NCBI GenBank assembly: GCA_963770525.1
Contig: CAVYPY010000003.1
Location: forward strand, 445,129-509,128
Length of the DNA stretch: 64,000 nt
Direction of reading: 5' to 3'
DNA from: an uncultured Acidobacteriaceae bacterium
GTDB taxonomy: Bacteria > Acidobacteriota > Terriglobia > Terriglobales > Acidobacteriaceae
The notes under the pieces were generated by a model. It ran no database searches. It saw nothing but the letters and a program-made list of their open reading frames with translations, and had not been told where the DNA came from. Numbering within the stretch: the stretch's first letter is position 1; each line of letters begins with the position of its first letter. Both the position numbers and the translations under genes were made by a program. Of this stretch, positions 1-9,504 are shown piece after piece.

Positions 1-758
1 GTGGCTTTCTTCGTCAGCTGGAGGCTGACGCACTCTGTATGCCCATCTTCGACCGCAACCCGATTGCAGTGCGCGCTCATCCTGGCCGGCAGCGGCTCGA
101 CGACGCGCCCGTTGAGCCGGCCCAGCAGCTTCAGGGTTTCGGCCTCCATCTTCTCTTCTTCGTTCTTGATAAACGGAACCACGTTGCCGAGAATATCCAT
201 GGATGCCACGCCGGGATAGCCGGCCCCGCTTACCGCCTGCATTGTGCTGACGAAGATGGCTTCGATGCCGAAGCGTTCGGCAATCGGCTTCAGAGCCAGC
301 ACCAGCCCGATCGCCGAGCAGTTCGGGTTGGTGACAATGTATCCGCCCGCTTCCTTGCGCCAGCTCTGGTTCTCCACCAGAGCGAGATGGTCGGCATTCA
401 CTTCAGGAATCACCAGCGGCACGGCCGGCTGCATGCGAAAAGCGCTGGAGTTGGAAATCACCGCGCATCCGGCTGCGGCAAATTGCGGTTCCAGTTCGCG
501 CGCAATATCGGCGTCGAGCGCAGCGAAAATGATGCGCGGCGCACCCTCCGGCTCCGCCGGGGAAACGGGGATCTGGGCAATCCGTTCCGGCAGCGGCGTA
601 TCCAGCTTCCAGCGCGCCGCATCGCCGTATTTCTTCCCGCTCGAGCGATCGCTGGCCGCCAGCCAGTCCACCTGGAACCACGGGTGATTCTCCAGAAGCT
701 GAATGAACCGCTGCCCGACCATTCCGGTCGCGCCCAGGATGCCAACTTTATGCCGCAT
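1..758 (-). CDS. asd: Aspartate-semialdehyde dehydrogenase, N-terminal part (3' end of the gene lies before the window start)
   Basis: Absent from the ORF track because it runs off the window. Hand translation of the reverse strand from ATG 758..756 gives MRHKVGILGATGMVGQRF...IVTNPNCSAIGLVLALKP...STMQAVSGAGYPG...CNRVAVEDGHTECVSLQL, with no stop down to position 1. Rossmann GxxGxxG start and NCS active-site motif typical of Asd. Confidence 0.85.
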   Translation of the reverse strand, partial: MRHKVGILGATGMVGQRFIQLLENHPWFQVDWLAASDRSSGKKYGDAARWKLDTPLPERIAQIPVSPAEPEGAPRIIFAALDADIARELEPQFAAAGCAVISNSSAFRMQPAVPLVIPEVNADHLALVENQSWRKEAGGYIVTNPNCSAIGLVLALKPIAERFGIEAIFVSTMQAVSGAGYPGVASMDILGNVVPFIKNEEEKMEAETLKLLGRLNGRVVEPLPARMSAHCNRVAVEDGHTECVSLQLTKKA

Positions 759-872
759 GATTGCGCCTTTGCTAAGAGAGCTCACGCCGGCATAGACAAA
801 AGATCCGGCTGCAGGAGCTTTAGCGATAGTGTAAATCGTGCCGCTGCAGCCGCCGTGGGGGAGTTGCAGTCT

Positions 873-1640
873 CTATTGCTGCACGGTTCCCGGCCCGTTG
901 CCGTAGGTGAAGTCCTGGGTCACGGTCTGCTTTGGGCCGACGGTGACAGTCGAGATCTTCTGCCCCAGGTTTTCCTGATCCGCCACCAGCGTGTAGGTGC
1001 CGGGGGGCAGACCCTTGATCACGAAGCGGCCGGATGCATCGGAGACAGCGTAAAACGGATCCGCCGCCACATTGATAAAGGCCTGCATCCAGGGGTGGTT
1101 ATTGCAGCGTACCGGAATCATCAGCTCCGGCTCGTGGAAGGTGCGCTCATCCTGGCCCGCGTTCGGCGGCTGGGAAATGTCCACAGCCTGATTGCCGGCG
1201 ACCGTGGGCGTCATGTGAATGTTATGCATGGTCGGATCGCTGTTGGTAAAGCGCACCGGCTGGCCCGCCATGACGCCGACCACATGAGGAATATACCGGC
1301 AGCCCTTCTGATCGATGTCCACCGGCTGTGTCGGCGGCGCGTAGGTGCGATTGCCCAGGCCATCCTTCACGTAGATGAAGACGTTGGCGAATCCGCCCTT
1401 GTTGACCACGTAGCCCTCGCTGTAATTCGTGGGGCCGAGGGTGCAGGCCGGATCCTGATTCATGTCGATCTCGATCGGCTTCGGCGCCGTGCCCACATAG
1501 TGCACGGTTCCCTCGATCGTTCCGGCAGTGTTCCAGTCGATCGCCGTGTAACTCGGTTTCGGAGTTGTCTCGGTCGCCTGCTTTTTGCAGCCTGCCGCCA
1601 GCAGCAGCAGAGCCGCTGCCATGAGCACTCTCGTCTTCAT
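873..1640 (-). CDS. Secreted lipoprotein with cupredoxin-like metal-ligand motifs and a carboxypeptidase-regulatory-like C-terminal beta-sandwich
   Basis: 255-aa ORF with lipobox LLLAAGC. MHNIH and C-x2-H-x2-M (CNNHPWM) resemble type-1 Cu ligands. C-terminal SGRFVIKGLPPGTYTL motif. The start overlaps the upstream stop (ATGA at 1637-1640). Confidence 0.6.
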   Translation of the reverse strand: MKTRVLMAAALLLLAAGCKKQATETTPKPSYTAIDWNTAGTIEGTVHYVGTAPKPIEIDMNQDPACTLGPTNYSEGYVVNKGGFANVFIYVKDGLGNRTYAPPTQPVDIDQKGCRYIPHVVGVMAGQPVRFTNSDPTMHNIHMTPTVAGNQAVDISQPPNAGQDERTFHEPELMIPVRCNNHPWMQAFINVAADPFYAVSDASGRFVIKGLPPGTYTLVADQENLGQKISTVTVGPKQTVTQDFTYGNGPGTVQQ

Positions 1641-2677
1641 CCCTGTGTTCCCCCTGCGTGCGTTGTCTCGTGCGCCAGCGCCTCAATCACTGCATCCGCG
1701 AAGGCCGCGGTTCCCGCTGTTCCACCCACATCGCGGGTCAGGGTCTTCTTTGCGGAATACGTTGCTTCAAGGGCCGCGTGTAAGCGATCAGCGGCTTCCG
1801 CCTCATCAATGTGGCGCAGCATCAGAACCGCCGACTGCAGCAAAGCCGTCGGATTCGCGATGTCTTTGCCGGCAATGTCGGGCGCCGAGCCATGCACCGC
1901 TTCGAATATGGCAGCTTCCGCCCCCAGGTTCGCTCCCGGCACCAGTCCCAGGCCTCCGACAAAGGCCGCGCACAGATCGCTGACGATATCGCCGTAGAGA
2001 TTCTCGAGCAGCAGCGTGTCGTACTGGTATGGATTCATCACCAGCTGCATACAGGTGTTATCGATGATGTGCTCGCCGTAGGTGATGTCCGGGTATCCTT
2101 TGGCCACATCGCGTGCACAGCGCAAGAACAGGCCGTCGGACATCTTCATGATGTTGGCTTTGTGGATGGCATGGATACGGCGCCGTCCATGCTTCGCCGC
2201 ATATTCAAAGGCGAACTTCGCAATGCGCGTTGAGGCCTTCTCGGTGATCACCTTCAGCGACTCGATGACGCCAGGCACAACCTCATGTTCCAGGCCGACG
2301 TACAGTCCCTCGGTGTTCTCACGAATGATGATCAGATCCACATTGGGGTAGCGCGTATCGAGCCCGGGCAGGTTTTTGATGGGCCGGAAGTTGGCAAACA
2401 GCTCGAACTTCTTCCGCAGCGTGACGTTGATCGAGGCGAATCCGCCGCCGACCGGTGTCGTCACCGGACCCTTCAAAGCCACGCGGTTCCGCTCGATCGA
2501 GGCGTAAAGTTCCTTCGGGATATATTCGCCGTGCTTTTCGAAAGCCCCGGCTCCGGCGGCGAAGCGCTCCCATGCGAATCGAACGCCGGTCGCTTCGAGA
2601 ATCCGGACCACCGCGTCGGTGACTTCCGGGCCGATGCCGTCACCGGGGATCAGCGTAATGGTGTGTGTCTTCCCCAC
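1637..2677 (-). CDS. NAD-dependent isocitrate/homoisocitrate dehydrogenase (beta-decarboxylating dehydrogenase family, IDH3-like)
   Basis: 346-aa ORF. Motifs: ITLIPGDGIGPEV, IIRENTEGLY, NLYGDIVSDL, FEAVHGSAPDIAGK. Confidence 0.85.
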   Translation of the reverse strand: MGKTHTITLIPGDGIGPEVTDAVVRILEATGVRFAWERFAAGAGAFEKHGEYIPKELYASIERNRVALKGPVTTPVGGGFASINVTLRKKFELFANFRPIKNLPGLDTRYPNVDLIIIRENTEGLYVGLEHEVVPGVIESLKVITEKASTRIAKFAFEYAAKHGRRRIHAIHKANIMKMSDGLFLRCARDVAKGYPDITYGEHIIDNTCMQLVMNPYQYDTLLLENLYGDIVSDLCAAFVGGLGLVPGANLGAEAAIFEAVHGSAPDIAGKDIANPTALLQSAVLMLRHIDEAEAADRLHAALEATYSAKKTLTRDVGGTAGTAAFADAVIEALAHETTHAGGTQG

Positions 2678-2707
2678 ATTTCTCCTTGGATGAGTTGTCG
2701 AGCCGGA

Positions 2708-3193
2708 TCAGGCCTGCTTCTTTTTGGGATGCTTGTCGCTGTGCTGGTTCAGCAGCTGCTCCAGCTCTTCCTTAAATTCGCGAACGTCTTTGAAATCCCG
2801 ATAGACGCTGGCGAAACGGATGTAAGCGACGGTGTCCAGCGCCTTCAGCCGCTCCATAATCAGCTCGCCGATTTCCGAGGTGGTTCGCTCGCGCTCGGTG
2901 GACTCGGTGACGAAGGCCTCTGTTTCATCGACCAGCTGTTCCAGCTTGCCGGCGGAAATCGGCCGCTTCTCGCAGGCGTGCAGCAGCCCGCTTAATACCT
3001 TCTGGCGCTCGAATTTCTCCCGGCGCCCATCCTTCTTCACCACCATGTAGGGGATTTCGTCGATTCGCTCGTAGGTGGTAAACCGGCGGTTGCACCGCTC
3101 GCATTCGCGCCGCCTGCGGATGGAGTCGGCCTCCCTGCTCTCCCGCGAATCAATGACGCGGTCCTGGGCAAACCCGCAGTAAGGACATTTCAT
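2708..3193 (-). CDS. nrdR: Transcriptional repressor NrdR
   Basis: 161 aa. N-terminal zinc ribbon MKCPYCG...CERC followed by an ATP-cone (VVKKDGRREKFERQKV...). Confidence 0.95.
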   Translation of the reverse strand: MKCPYCGFAQDRVIDSRESREADSIRRRRECERCNRRFTTYERIDEIPYMVVKKDGRREKFERQKVLSGLLHACEKRPISAGKLEQLVDETEAFVTESTERERTTSEIGELIMERLKALDTVAYIRFASVYRDFKDVREFKEELEQLLNQHSDKHPKKKQA

Positions 3194-3316
3194 CGGTCTG
3201 CTTTGATTCTAGCAGCGCCTGCATCAGAACGCGCTCCGGCGCTGATGTCCCGCTTTGTGCAATTGTCAGGGTGTTCGAATCGGGCTATCGTGATTCGCAA
3301 CGCATCTTATCCGACT

Positions 3317-3781
3317 ATGAGCAAAGATTCGACACGCAGCATCATGAAAGGCGCGCTCGCCGGATTAATCGGCGGCCTGGCCGGAGCCGCGGCGAAAATG
3401 ATCGCCGAGCAGCTCTTCCCGCCGCGCGTACAGGGACAGACGCCGCCTCCGGTGGTTCTCGCCGAACAGGTCGCCCGGCGTCCCCTCACCGAGAGCGATC
3501 GCCAAATGGCCATGCAGGGCATTCACTGGATTTTCGGCGCCCTGGCCGGAGCCGTCTACGGCGTCATGGTGGAGTACGAGCCTTCACTGGGCGCCTGGCG
3601 CGGGGCAGCGTTCGGCATTACGCTCAACCGGATCACGCATGAATCCCTGCTGCCGAAGCTGGGTCTGTCGGCTCCTCCCGGGCAACAGCCCACCCAGGAG
3701 CGCATCAGCGAGTGGGCGACGCACGCAGCCTACGGCGTAGCGACGGATGCTGTCCGGCGCGCCGTTCGACGCGCTCTCTGA
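3317..3781 (+). CDS. Small membrane protein (DUF1440-like)
   Basis: ORF 3203..3781. The internal ATG at 3317 (MSKDSTRSIMKGALAGLIGGLAGAAAKMIAEQ) is the likely start. Glycine-rich hydrophobic segments. No catalytic motif recognised. Confidence 0.45.
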   Translation: MSKDSTRSIMKGALAGLIGGLAGAAAKMIAEQLFPPRVQGQTPPPVVLAEQVARRPLTESDRQMAMQGIHWIFGALAGAVYGVMVEYEPSLGAWRGAAFGITLNRITHESLLPKLGLSAPPGQQPTQERISEWATHAAYGVATDAVRRAVRRAL

Positions 3782-3799
3782 TCCGCTCTTTGCGAGTCG

Positions 3800-4870
3800 T
3801 CAGGCTTCCTGGGTCGTCGCAGAAGAATGGCTCACGTCCTCCCCGGCGTGCCCGCTCTCGCGCGTCACGTTCTTCAGGGAGATGTGGTCGAAGCGCGCCC
3901 AGATCAGCCCAACCGGCACGATGCCCAGGAAGGTGACCAGCAGCAGCGTCGCGGCGCATCCGGTCGCCGGCTCCGGCGCCACTCCAAAGAATCCCGACAT
4001 GGCTGCGGCGACCAGGCCGATCTGCGTAAACCAGCCGAGAATGGGCAGCTGAAATCCGCTGGCCACCATGCTCGAAGCCATCAGCAGCATGCACTGAGCA
4101 ACGGTCATATGCCCCAGTTGTGGACTGGCCACAAAAGCTCGGGTCGTCTCCAGATAGGAGAGCGCAATCAGGACCCACATGGCCAGGGAAACTCCCAGCA
4201 TCGCGCCGAAGTCGGAGAAAGAGCGGAGAGTATCGAGTCCGGTGTGGAAGGTTCGAATCTTGTCTCCCACCGCTTGTCCGAGCTTGTGGGACGCCATTCC
4301 GAAGGCCTTCTCGGAAAAGGACGCCACCGCGTTGCCGGAGAGGCGCACAGCCAACAGGAAGAGACCGCCGGCGATCGTCGTCGCCAGGGCTGTGTAGCTC
4401 GCTTTCCGGATGATCTCCGGGTGCGGCAGCGATCCTGAGGGAGCCAGCAGGATCACGGAGCAGAAGATAAGCGCCATCGATCCCGCGTCAAACAGCCGTT
4501 CAACGATGTACACGGCAAGCTGCGAACTCAGCGGCAGCCCGGTCTTCTTCGCGACCAGATAGGGCCGCACCGGATCGGCCACGCGACCGATCAGAGCCAC
4601 CGCTGTGAATCCAATCACCTGCGTGCCCAGCAGCGACAGTAGAGGCACTTTCTTGTTCTGCCGGATCAAGAGCGCCCAGCGAACGGAGCGCAGGACATAG
4701 CCCAGATAAATGCATCCCAGCGCGACGAGAATCCTGCCCCACTCCGCCTGGCGCAGCTGCGCAACAAAGACGTGCCAGTCAAAGTGAATCCGATGACGGC
4801 CGTACCCGATGAGCACGGCAACCGCCGCCAGGATAATGGCCAGTACGATCCAGTTTCTCCTGGATTTCAA
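3800..4870 (-). CDS. Flippase-like / lysylphosphatidylglycerol-synthase transmembrane-domain protein (UPF0104 family)
   Basis: Multi-pass membrane ORF. The stretch RSVRWALLIRQNKKVPLLSLLGTQVIGFTAVALIGRVADPVRPYL is typical of the family. The track start (5056) overlaps the upstream gene. A TTG at 4870 preceded by GGAG (4881-4878) is a more likely start. Confidence 0.7.
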   Translation of the reverse strand: MKSRRNWIVLAIILAAVAVLIGYGRHRIHFDWHVFVAQLRQAEWGRILVALGCIYLGYVLRSVRWALLIRQNKKVPLLSLLGTQVIGFTAVALIGRVADPVRPYLVAKKTGLPLSSQLAVYIVERLFDAGSMALIFCSVILLAPSGSLPHPEIIRKASYTALATTIAGGLFLLAVRLSGNAVASFSEKAFGMASHKLGQAVGDKIRTFHTGLDTLRSFSDFGAMLGVSLAMWVLIALSYLETTRAFVASPQLGHMTVAQCMLLMASSMVASGFQLPILGWFTQIGLVAAAMSGFFGVAPEPATGCAATLLLVTFLGIVPVGLIWARFDHISLKNVTRESGHAGEDVSHSSATTQEA

Positions 4871-4904
4871 ATCAAAGCTCCGGAGGGAAAGCGCTGCGGG
4901 TCCT

Positions 4905-5666
4905 TCACTGCGCCTGCTGGGGCAGTGGAGCCGGCTGGCCGGCCGCCAATTGCTGCGCGCGCTGGCGAAGCCTGTACCGCCGGTTGTACTCGTGAATGAC
5001 CCGGGCCACATAGAGCTGCGTCTCGCGATAGGGTGGAATCCCGTGCCAACGGTCAACCGCTGCCGGACCGGCGTTGTACGCGGCCAAAGCCAGCGCCAGA
5101 TCGTTGTGGTACCGGGTCAGCAGCGCGTCAAGATAAGCCGTGCCGCCGTCAATATTCTGGCGCGGCGCAAAGCTGTTGCTCACGCCCAGCTGAGCGGCCG
5201 TTCCCGGCATCAGCTGCATCAGCCCCTGCGCACCCGCGCGGCTGACCGCTCGCGAATGCCCGCCGCTCTCCTGCCGGATGACGCTCGCCAGCAGATCGGT
5301 ATCGATATCAAACACCGCTCCGGCTTTCGCGAGCATCGGATGCAGGTCTGAATCGGAAAGCTTCTCCGGTGCGGGAGCCGGCGCAGAGGTGGCCGCAGCG
5401 GTCTTTGCTGCCGGCTTCGGCAGGTTCACGGTCTCGGCAGAGACGATGTCCGAGGCCTTCACTTCCAGATAGCTGCCGGTCGAGTCGTCGAAATAGAGCC
5501 GTACCTTGTCGCCATCCAGCACCCGGTGGTCGCAGATGAGGTTCTGGCCGTTCTTCAGGGTGACATACTCGGCTGCATGGGCCACCGTGCCGCCCAGGCA
5601 GACGACAGCCAGGACCATGAGGCCCGTTTTGGCGCACGATCGGTGCATTGCCTCCAACTCTACCAT
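4905..5666 (-). CDS. Lytic transglycosylase (SLT domain) with signal peptide
   Basis: Motifs: VIRQESGGHSRAVSRAGAQGLMQLMPGTA ... AYNAGPAAV. Confidence 0.85.
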   Translation of the reverse strand: MVELEAMHRSCAKTGLMVLAVVCLGGTVAHAAEYVTLKNGQNLICDHRVLDGDKVRLYFDDSTGSYLEVKASDIVSAETVNLPKPAAKTAAATSAPAPAPEKLSDSDLHPMLAKAGAVFDIDTDLLASVIRQESGGHSRAVSRAGAQGLMQLMPGTAAQLGVSNSFAPRQNIDGGTAYLDALLTRYHNDLALALAAYNAGPAAVDRWHGIPPYRETQLYVARVIHEYNRRYRLRQRAQQLAAGQPAPLPQQAQ

Positions 5667-5668
5667 TC

Positions 5669-6541
5669 TCAGACGCGACTTTCGGCTAAAACGCTCTCCA
5701 CGATCCGGGCAACGCCATCGTCGTCATTGGCGGGGGCAATTTCCCATCCGCGCTGGCGCGCCAGGTCCACCAGGTCCGGAGCGCCATTCCTCATGACGAC
5801 CGGCCGCCCGGCGAACTCCAGCATTTCCAGATCGTTCCAGTTATCGCCTATCGCCAGAATCGCCTCGCGTGCAATGCCCCGTTTTTCAGCGAGTTGGCGC
5901 AGCGCTGCCCCTTTGGAACACCCCGCCGGCAGGATGTCGACAATCGTCAGGTTCCGTGACGGATACTCCGTCCGGTGCACTTCAATCTGCGGGGCAAGGG
6001 GGCTCTCCATTAGCCATTCCTCTGCGCGCCTCATTTCCGCTACGCCACCGCAGACCATGCCCTGGACCGGCGCCTCTCCATTATCGAATGCCCGTTCCAG
6101 CGGCCTGACTTCGCGAATCCACGGCCGGTTCGCCTCCACCCAGAGAGAGATGCGGTCATGAAGTGACTGCAGCGACTCGAGAACCAGCTCGCCGGCCCCT
6201 TCCCGGTCGAACGTGAAGACCGTCGTCCCGAAAGGACGGAGCGCGGGACACAAGGCGCGTGCGGTTTCCACCGGCAGGAAAAAGCGATCGATGGGATCGC
6301 CCGCCATCGTGCGCGTAACCGTGCCATTGGAGGTGATCAGCACCGTCTCCGGCCTGAGGCCCAGGGGGCTGAGCAGCGGCATCGCATACGCCTGCCGCCG
6401 CCCGGTCGCAATCACGACATCCAGCCCCGCCGCCTCGGCCTCGCGCAGGATGCGACAGGTGCGCTCGCTCACGCCTGCTCCCACTGACGGCAACAGCGTG
6501 CCATCGATATCGATCACCAGCATGCGAATGGGAGCTGTCAT
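5669..6541 (-). CDS. HAD-IIB (Cof-type) phosphatase
   Basis: Motifs: MLVIDIDGTLL, ATGRR, GDNWNDLEML. There is a 4-nt overlap with tadA. Confidence 0.8.
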   Translation of the reverse strand: MTAPIRMLVIDIDGTLLPSVGAGVSERTCRILREAEAAGLDVVIATGRRQAYAMPLLSPLGLRPETVLITSNGTVTRTMAGDPIDRFFLPVETARALCPALRPFGTTVFTFDREGAGELVLESLQSLHDRISLWVEANRPWIREVRPLERAFDNGEAPVQGMVCGGVAEMRRAEEWLMESPLAPQIEVHRTEYPSRNLTIVDILPAGCSKGAALRQLAEKRGIAREAILAIGDNWNDLEMLEFAGRPVVMRNGAPDLVDLARQRGWEIAPANDDDGVARIVESVLAESRV

Positions 6542-7023
6542 CTGTTTTCAGCCCCGGAATCGCTCGACTCCTGGCGGCGCTCCCGGAAAAAACTGCGCAG
6601 AAGCTCGCCGCACTCCTCCGCCAGCACACCGGAGGTCAACGCCATTTGGTGGTTGAGCCTGGGATGATTCACCACCTCCAGAACCGATCCGGCCGCGCCC
6701 GCCTTGGGATCGGAAGCTCCGTAGATCAGCCGCCCCAGCCGTGCGTGGATCATGGCCCCGGCACACATCGCACAGGGCTCGAGGGTGACAAACAGTTCGC
6801 AATCGAGCAGCCGATAGTTGCCGATGGCGTGCGCGGCGGCGCGCAGCGCGACGATTTCGGCGTGCGCGGTTGGATCGACGTCGCGCAGCACGCGATTCTG
6901 TCCACGCGCCACAATCGTGCCGCCGATCGCGGCCACCGCCCCAATGGGAACCTCGCCTGCGTCGGCCGCGGCACGCGCCTCGACAAGCGCCGCCCGCATC
7001 AGGACCTCGTCGGCTTCTGCCAT
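6538..7023 (-). CDS. tadA: tRNA adenosine(34) deaminase
   Basis: Motifs HAEIVALR and LEPCAMCAGA. The ATG at 7023 (MAEADEVLMRAAL) is preferred over the track start 7095, which would overlap the upstream gene. Confidence 0.9.
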   Translation of the reverse strand: MAEADEVLMRAALVEARAAADAGEVPIGAVAAIGGTIVARGQNRVLRDVDPTAHAEIVALRAAAHAIGNYRLLDCELFVTLEPCAMCAGAMIHARLGRLIYGASDPKAGAAGSVLEVVNHPRLNHQMALTSGVLAEECGELLRSFFRERRQESSDSGAENR

Positions 7024-7061
7024 TCTTCTATGGTATTCGGCGCTGGAGACAAGCCTCGCGC

Positions 7062-7367
7062 TCAGGACTGCTCCTGCTGCGGCTCTTCGACCCATTTCCG
7101 GAATACGCCAATGATCTGCTCCAGCCGCCGCGGATCGCCGGCGCCTTCAAATCGCTCCTCGGAGATGGTGCAGTCGATCCACTCCTCGCCGCTGGTGCCG
7201 AAGTTGAGCCGGTTGGGAGTGACATTCTGCGCGGTGGTGCCTTCGAGGCTGATCGTCAGCCGCCACCCGCGCCCCTGGCTCTCCAGTCGAATTCCCTGCG
7301 TATGTTCCCAGTCGCCGTCGCACTGGCGTTGGTACCAGTCTTCCAGCCACTCGAGATTGTCGGGCAT
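7062..7367 (-). CDS. Imm53-like immunity-family protein (orphan)
   Basis: Sequence: MPDNLEWLEDWYQRQCDGDWEHTQGIRLES..GWRLTISLEGT...EERFEGAGDPRRLEQIIGVFRKWVE. This matches the W-x3-WY-x3-CDGDWEH ... GW ... GAG pattern I recall for Pfam Imm53. The ATG at 7367 shares one base with the aguA stop (TAATG). Confidence 0.55.
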   Translation of the reverse strand: MPDNLEWLEDWYQRQCDGDWEHTQGIRLESQGRGWRLTISLEGTTAQNVTPNRLNFGTSGEEWIDCTISEERFEGAGDPRRLEQIIGVFRKWVEEPQQEQS

Positions 7368-8500
7368 TACGGCTCCACTACTTTGGGCTGTTGTTGCGTC
7401 ATGCAGTGCAGAGCGCCCAGCCCCCAGATCAAATCTCCGCAATAGATGCCCACGACCTCGCGGGACGGAAAAGCGTCCGCGAGAATGTTGAGCGCTCGCC
7501 GATCAGCGGAACGATTTAAGGTTGGCACGAGCACCAGATCATTGGCAATGTAAAAGTTGGCGTAGCTGGCGGGCAGCCGCTGCCCATCAAAAATTACCGG
7601 TGGCGGCATCGGCAGCTCAATCACTTCGAAAGGCTTTCCTTCGCGATTTCTCGCTGATTGCAGCCGATCCAGGTTTTCGGCCAGGGGCAGATGGTTCTCG
7701 TCGTTTTTGTTCGGCTCGACCACCGTCACAATCGTATTCGGCCCCACGAAGCGCGTGATATCGTCCACGTGCCCGTGCGTATCGTCGCCGGCGATGCCCC
7801 GATTCATCCACAGGACCTGGTCAATGCCGAGAAAGTTGTGAAAGATCTGCTCCAACTGCTCACGCGTCACTCCAGGATTGCGCTGCTGCACATCACTCAG
7901 CAGACATTCTTCCGTGGTGATCAGCGTGCCCTCGCCGTTCACGTCGATTGATCCGCCCTCAAGAACAATTCTCTGCGGACCTGCGAGTGTTTCGATGGTT
8001 GGCGTCCACTGCGGCAGGCCGAGCAACTCGGCCACCTGGTCGGGGATCCGGTCATCCTTGTGCCAGTCAGAGTACTTCGCCCAGGCGTTGAACTTCCAGT
8101 TGGTAATGGCAACGGAGTCTTTGCCGGGCTCATTCCTCCGCACAAAAATTGGTCCGGCATCGCGCGTCCACACGCGATCCGTCGGCCACAGATGGAAGTG
8201 CACCCGGGCAAGGTTCGCACCGCAACGCTTCAGAATGCGCCGCGCACGTTTCTCCGCCGCGGCATCGTCGACAAGGATGTGGACATTTTCGACGCGCGCC
8301 AGGTGCCCGACGATCTCCGCGTAAACCCAGGGAATCGGCTGGAACTTGCCGGGCCAGTCTTCCGGGTTGTGCGGCCACGCCAGCCAGGTCGCCTCGTGCG
8401 GCTCCCACTCCGCGGGCATGCGATATCCGTGCTGGCGCGGCGTGCCCGTCATCGTCGACAAGGCGCCCTCGATCTCTTCCACTGCGGTGTTCTCGCTCAT
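7367..8500 (-). CDS. aguA: Agmatine deiminase
   Basis: 377 aa. Begins YRMPAEWEPHEATWLAWPH and ends with the C-terminal catalytic GALHCMTQQQP. Confidence 0.9.
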   Translation of the reverse strand: MSENTAVEEIEGALSTMTGTPRQHGYRMPAEWEPHEATWLAWPHNPEDWPGKFQPIPWVYAEIVGHLARVENVHILVDDAAAEKRARRILKRCGANLARVHFHLWPTDRVWTRDAGPIFVRRNEPGKDSVAITNWKFNAWAKYSDWHKDDRIPDQVAELLGLPQWTPTIETLAGPQRIVLEGGSIDVNGEGTLITTEECLLSDVQQRNPGVTREQLEQIFHNFLGIDQVLWMNRGIAGDDTHGHVDDITRFVGPNTIVTVVEPNKNDENHLPLAENLDRLQSARNREGKPFEVIELPMPPPVIFDGQRLPASYANFYIANDLVLVPTLNRSADRRALNILADAFPSREVVGIYCGDLIWGLGALHCMTQQQPKVVEP

Positions 8501-9414
8501 TTCTCACCGCCATCCAGGAAGCGGCTGACAATCGGGCCGTAGGCGTCGATGCGGCGATCGCGCAGAAACGGCCAGTTTCGGCGCGTGTCTTCCATCGCCT
8601 GCAAATCGATCTCGCCAATCAGGATTTCCTCCCGATCGTGCGCGGCTTTCGCAATCACGCGCCCAAAGGAATCGGCCAGGAACGACCCTCCCCAGAACTC
8701 CAGCCCCGGCCCTTCAACGCGATTGCCGCGCACATCGCCGTGCTCCATACCCACGCGGTTGACCGCCGCCACGTAGACGCCGTTGGCGATGGCATGCGCG
8801 CGCTGGATTGTCTGCCACGCCTCATACTGCGCCGTGCCGAACTCCTCCTTCTCGCGCGGATGCCACCCGATCGCGGTCGGATAAAACAATACGTTCGCGC
8901 CCTGCAGAGCAGTAATGCGCGCGCCCTCCGGATACCACTGATCCCAGCAGACGAGGGTGCCAATCCGTCCCGCCGAAGTGTCGAAGGCGCGAAATCCCAG
9001 ATCGCCAGGCGTGAAATAAAACTTCTCGTAATAGAGCGGATCATCCGGGATGTGCATTTTGCGGTAGAGCCCCGCCACCCGGCCATCTTTTTCGAGGACC
9101 GCGGCGGTGTTGTGATAAAGCCCCGGCGCGCGCCGCTCGAACAGCGATGCCACCACCACTACTTTCTCCTCGCGCGCGACCGCTCCCAGCCGCTCGGTGC
9201 TCGGCCCGGGAATGGGTTCGGCCAGATCGAAGAGGGCGATATCCTCCCGCTGGCAGAAATACTGAGCGCGGAAAAGCTCGGGCAGGCAGATCACCTCTGC
9301 GCCCTCGCGCGCCGCTTCGCGCACGCGATCCGCAGCCTTGTCCAGATTAGCGTCAGGATCCGGCCCGCAGCTCATCTGCACCAGTCCAACGCGAAAATTG
9401 CTGTCGTTTACCAT
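8497..9414 (-). CDS. aguB: N-carbamoylputrescine amidase (CN-hydrolase)
   Basis: Motifs: VGLVQM..., CLPELF, YRKMHIP, LVCWDQWYPE. The ATG at 9414 (MVNDSNFRVGLVQM) is the likely start. Confidence 0.9.
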   Translation of the reverse strand: MVNDSNFRVGLVQMSCGPDPDANLDKAADRVREAAREGAEVICLPELFRAQYFCQREDIALFDLAEPIPGPSTERLGAVAREEKVVVVASLFERRAPGLYHNTAAVLEKDGRVAGLYRKMHIPDDPLYYEKFYFTPGDLGFRAFDTSAGRIGTLVCWDQWYPEGARITALQGANVLFYPTAIGWHPREKEEFGTAQYEAWQTIQRAHAIANGVYVAAVNRVGMEHGDVRGNRVEGPGLEFWGGSFLADSFGRVIAKAAHDREEILIGEIDLQAMEDTRRNWPFLRDRRIDAYGPIVSRFLDGGEK

Positions 9415-9504
9415 ATTTGTGCTGATTCCAGTTACATAAATTACAAAAACAAGCAAAAGGCGCAGGCCATTGTGGCCCACGCCCACGTTCAGACCACTTC
9501 CGGC

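Noticed and set aside
39-1997. 652-aa + strand ORF spanning asd, the lipoprotein gene and the dehydrogenase gene.
   Set aside because: It is antisense to three well-supported - strand genes and has Arg/His-rich composition without any domain signature.
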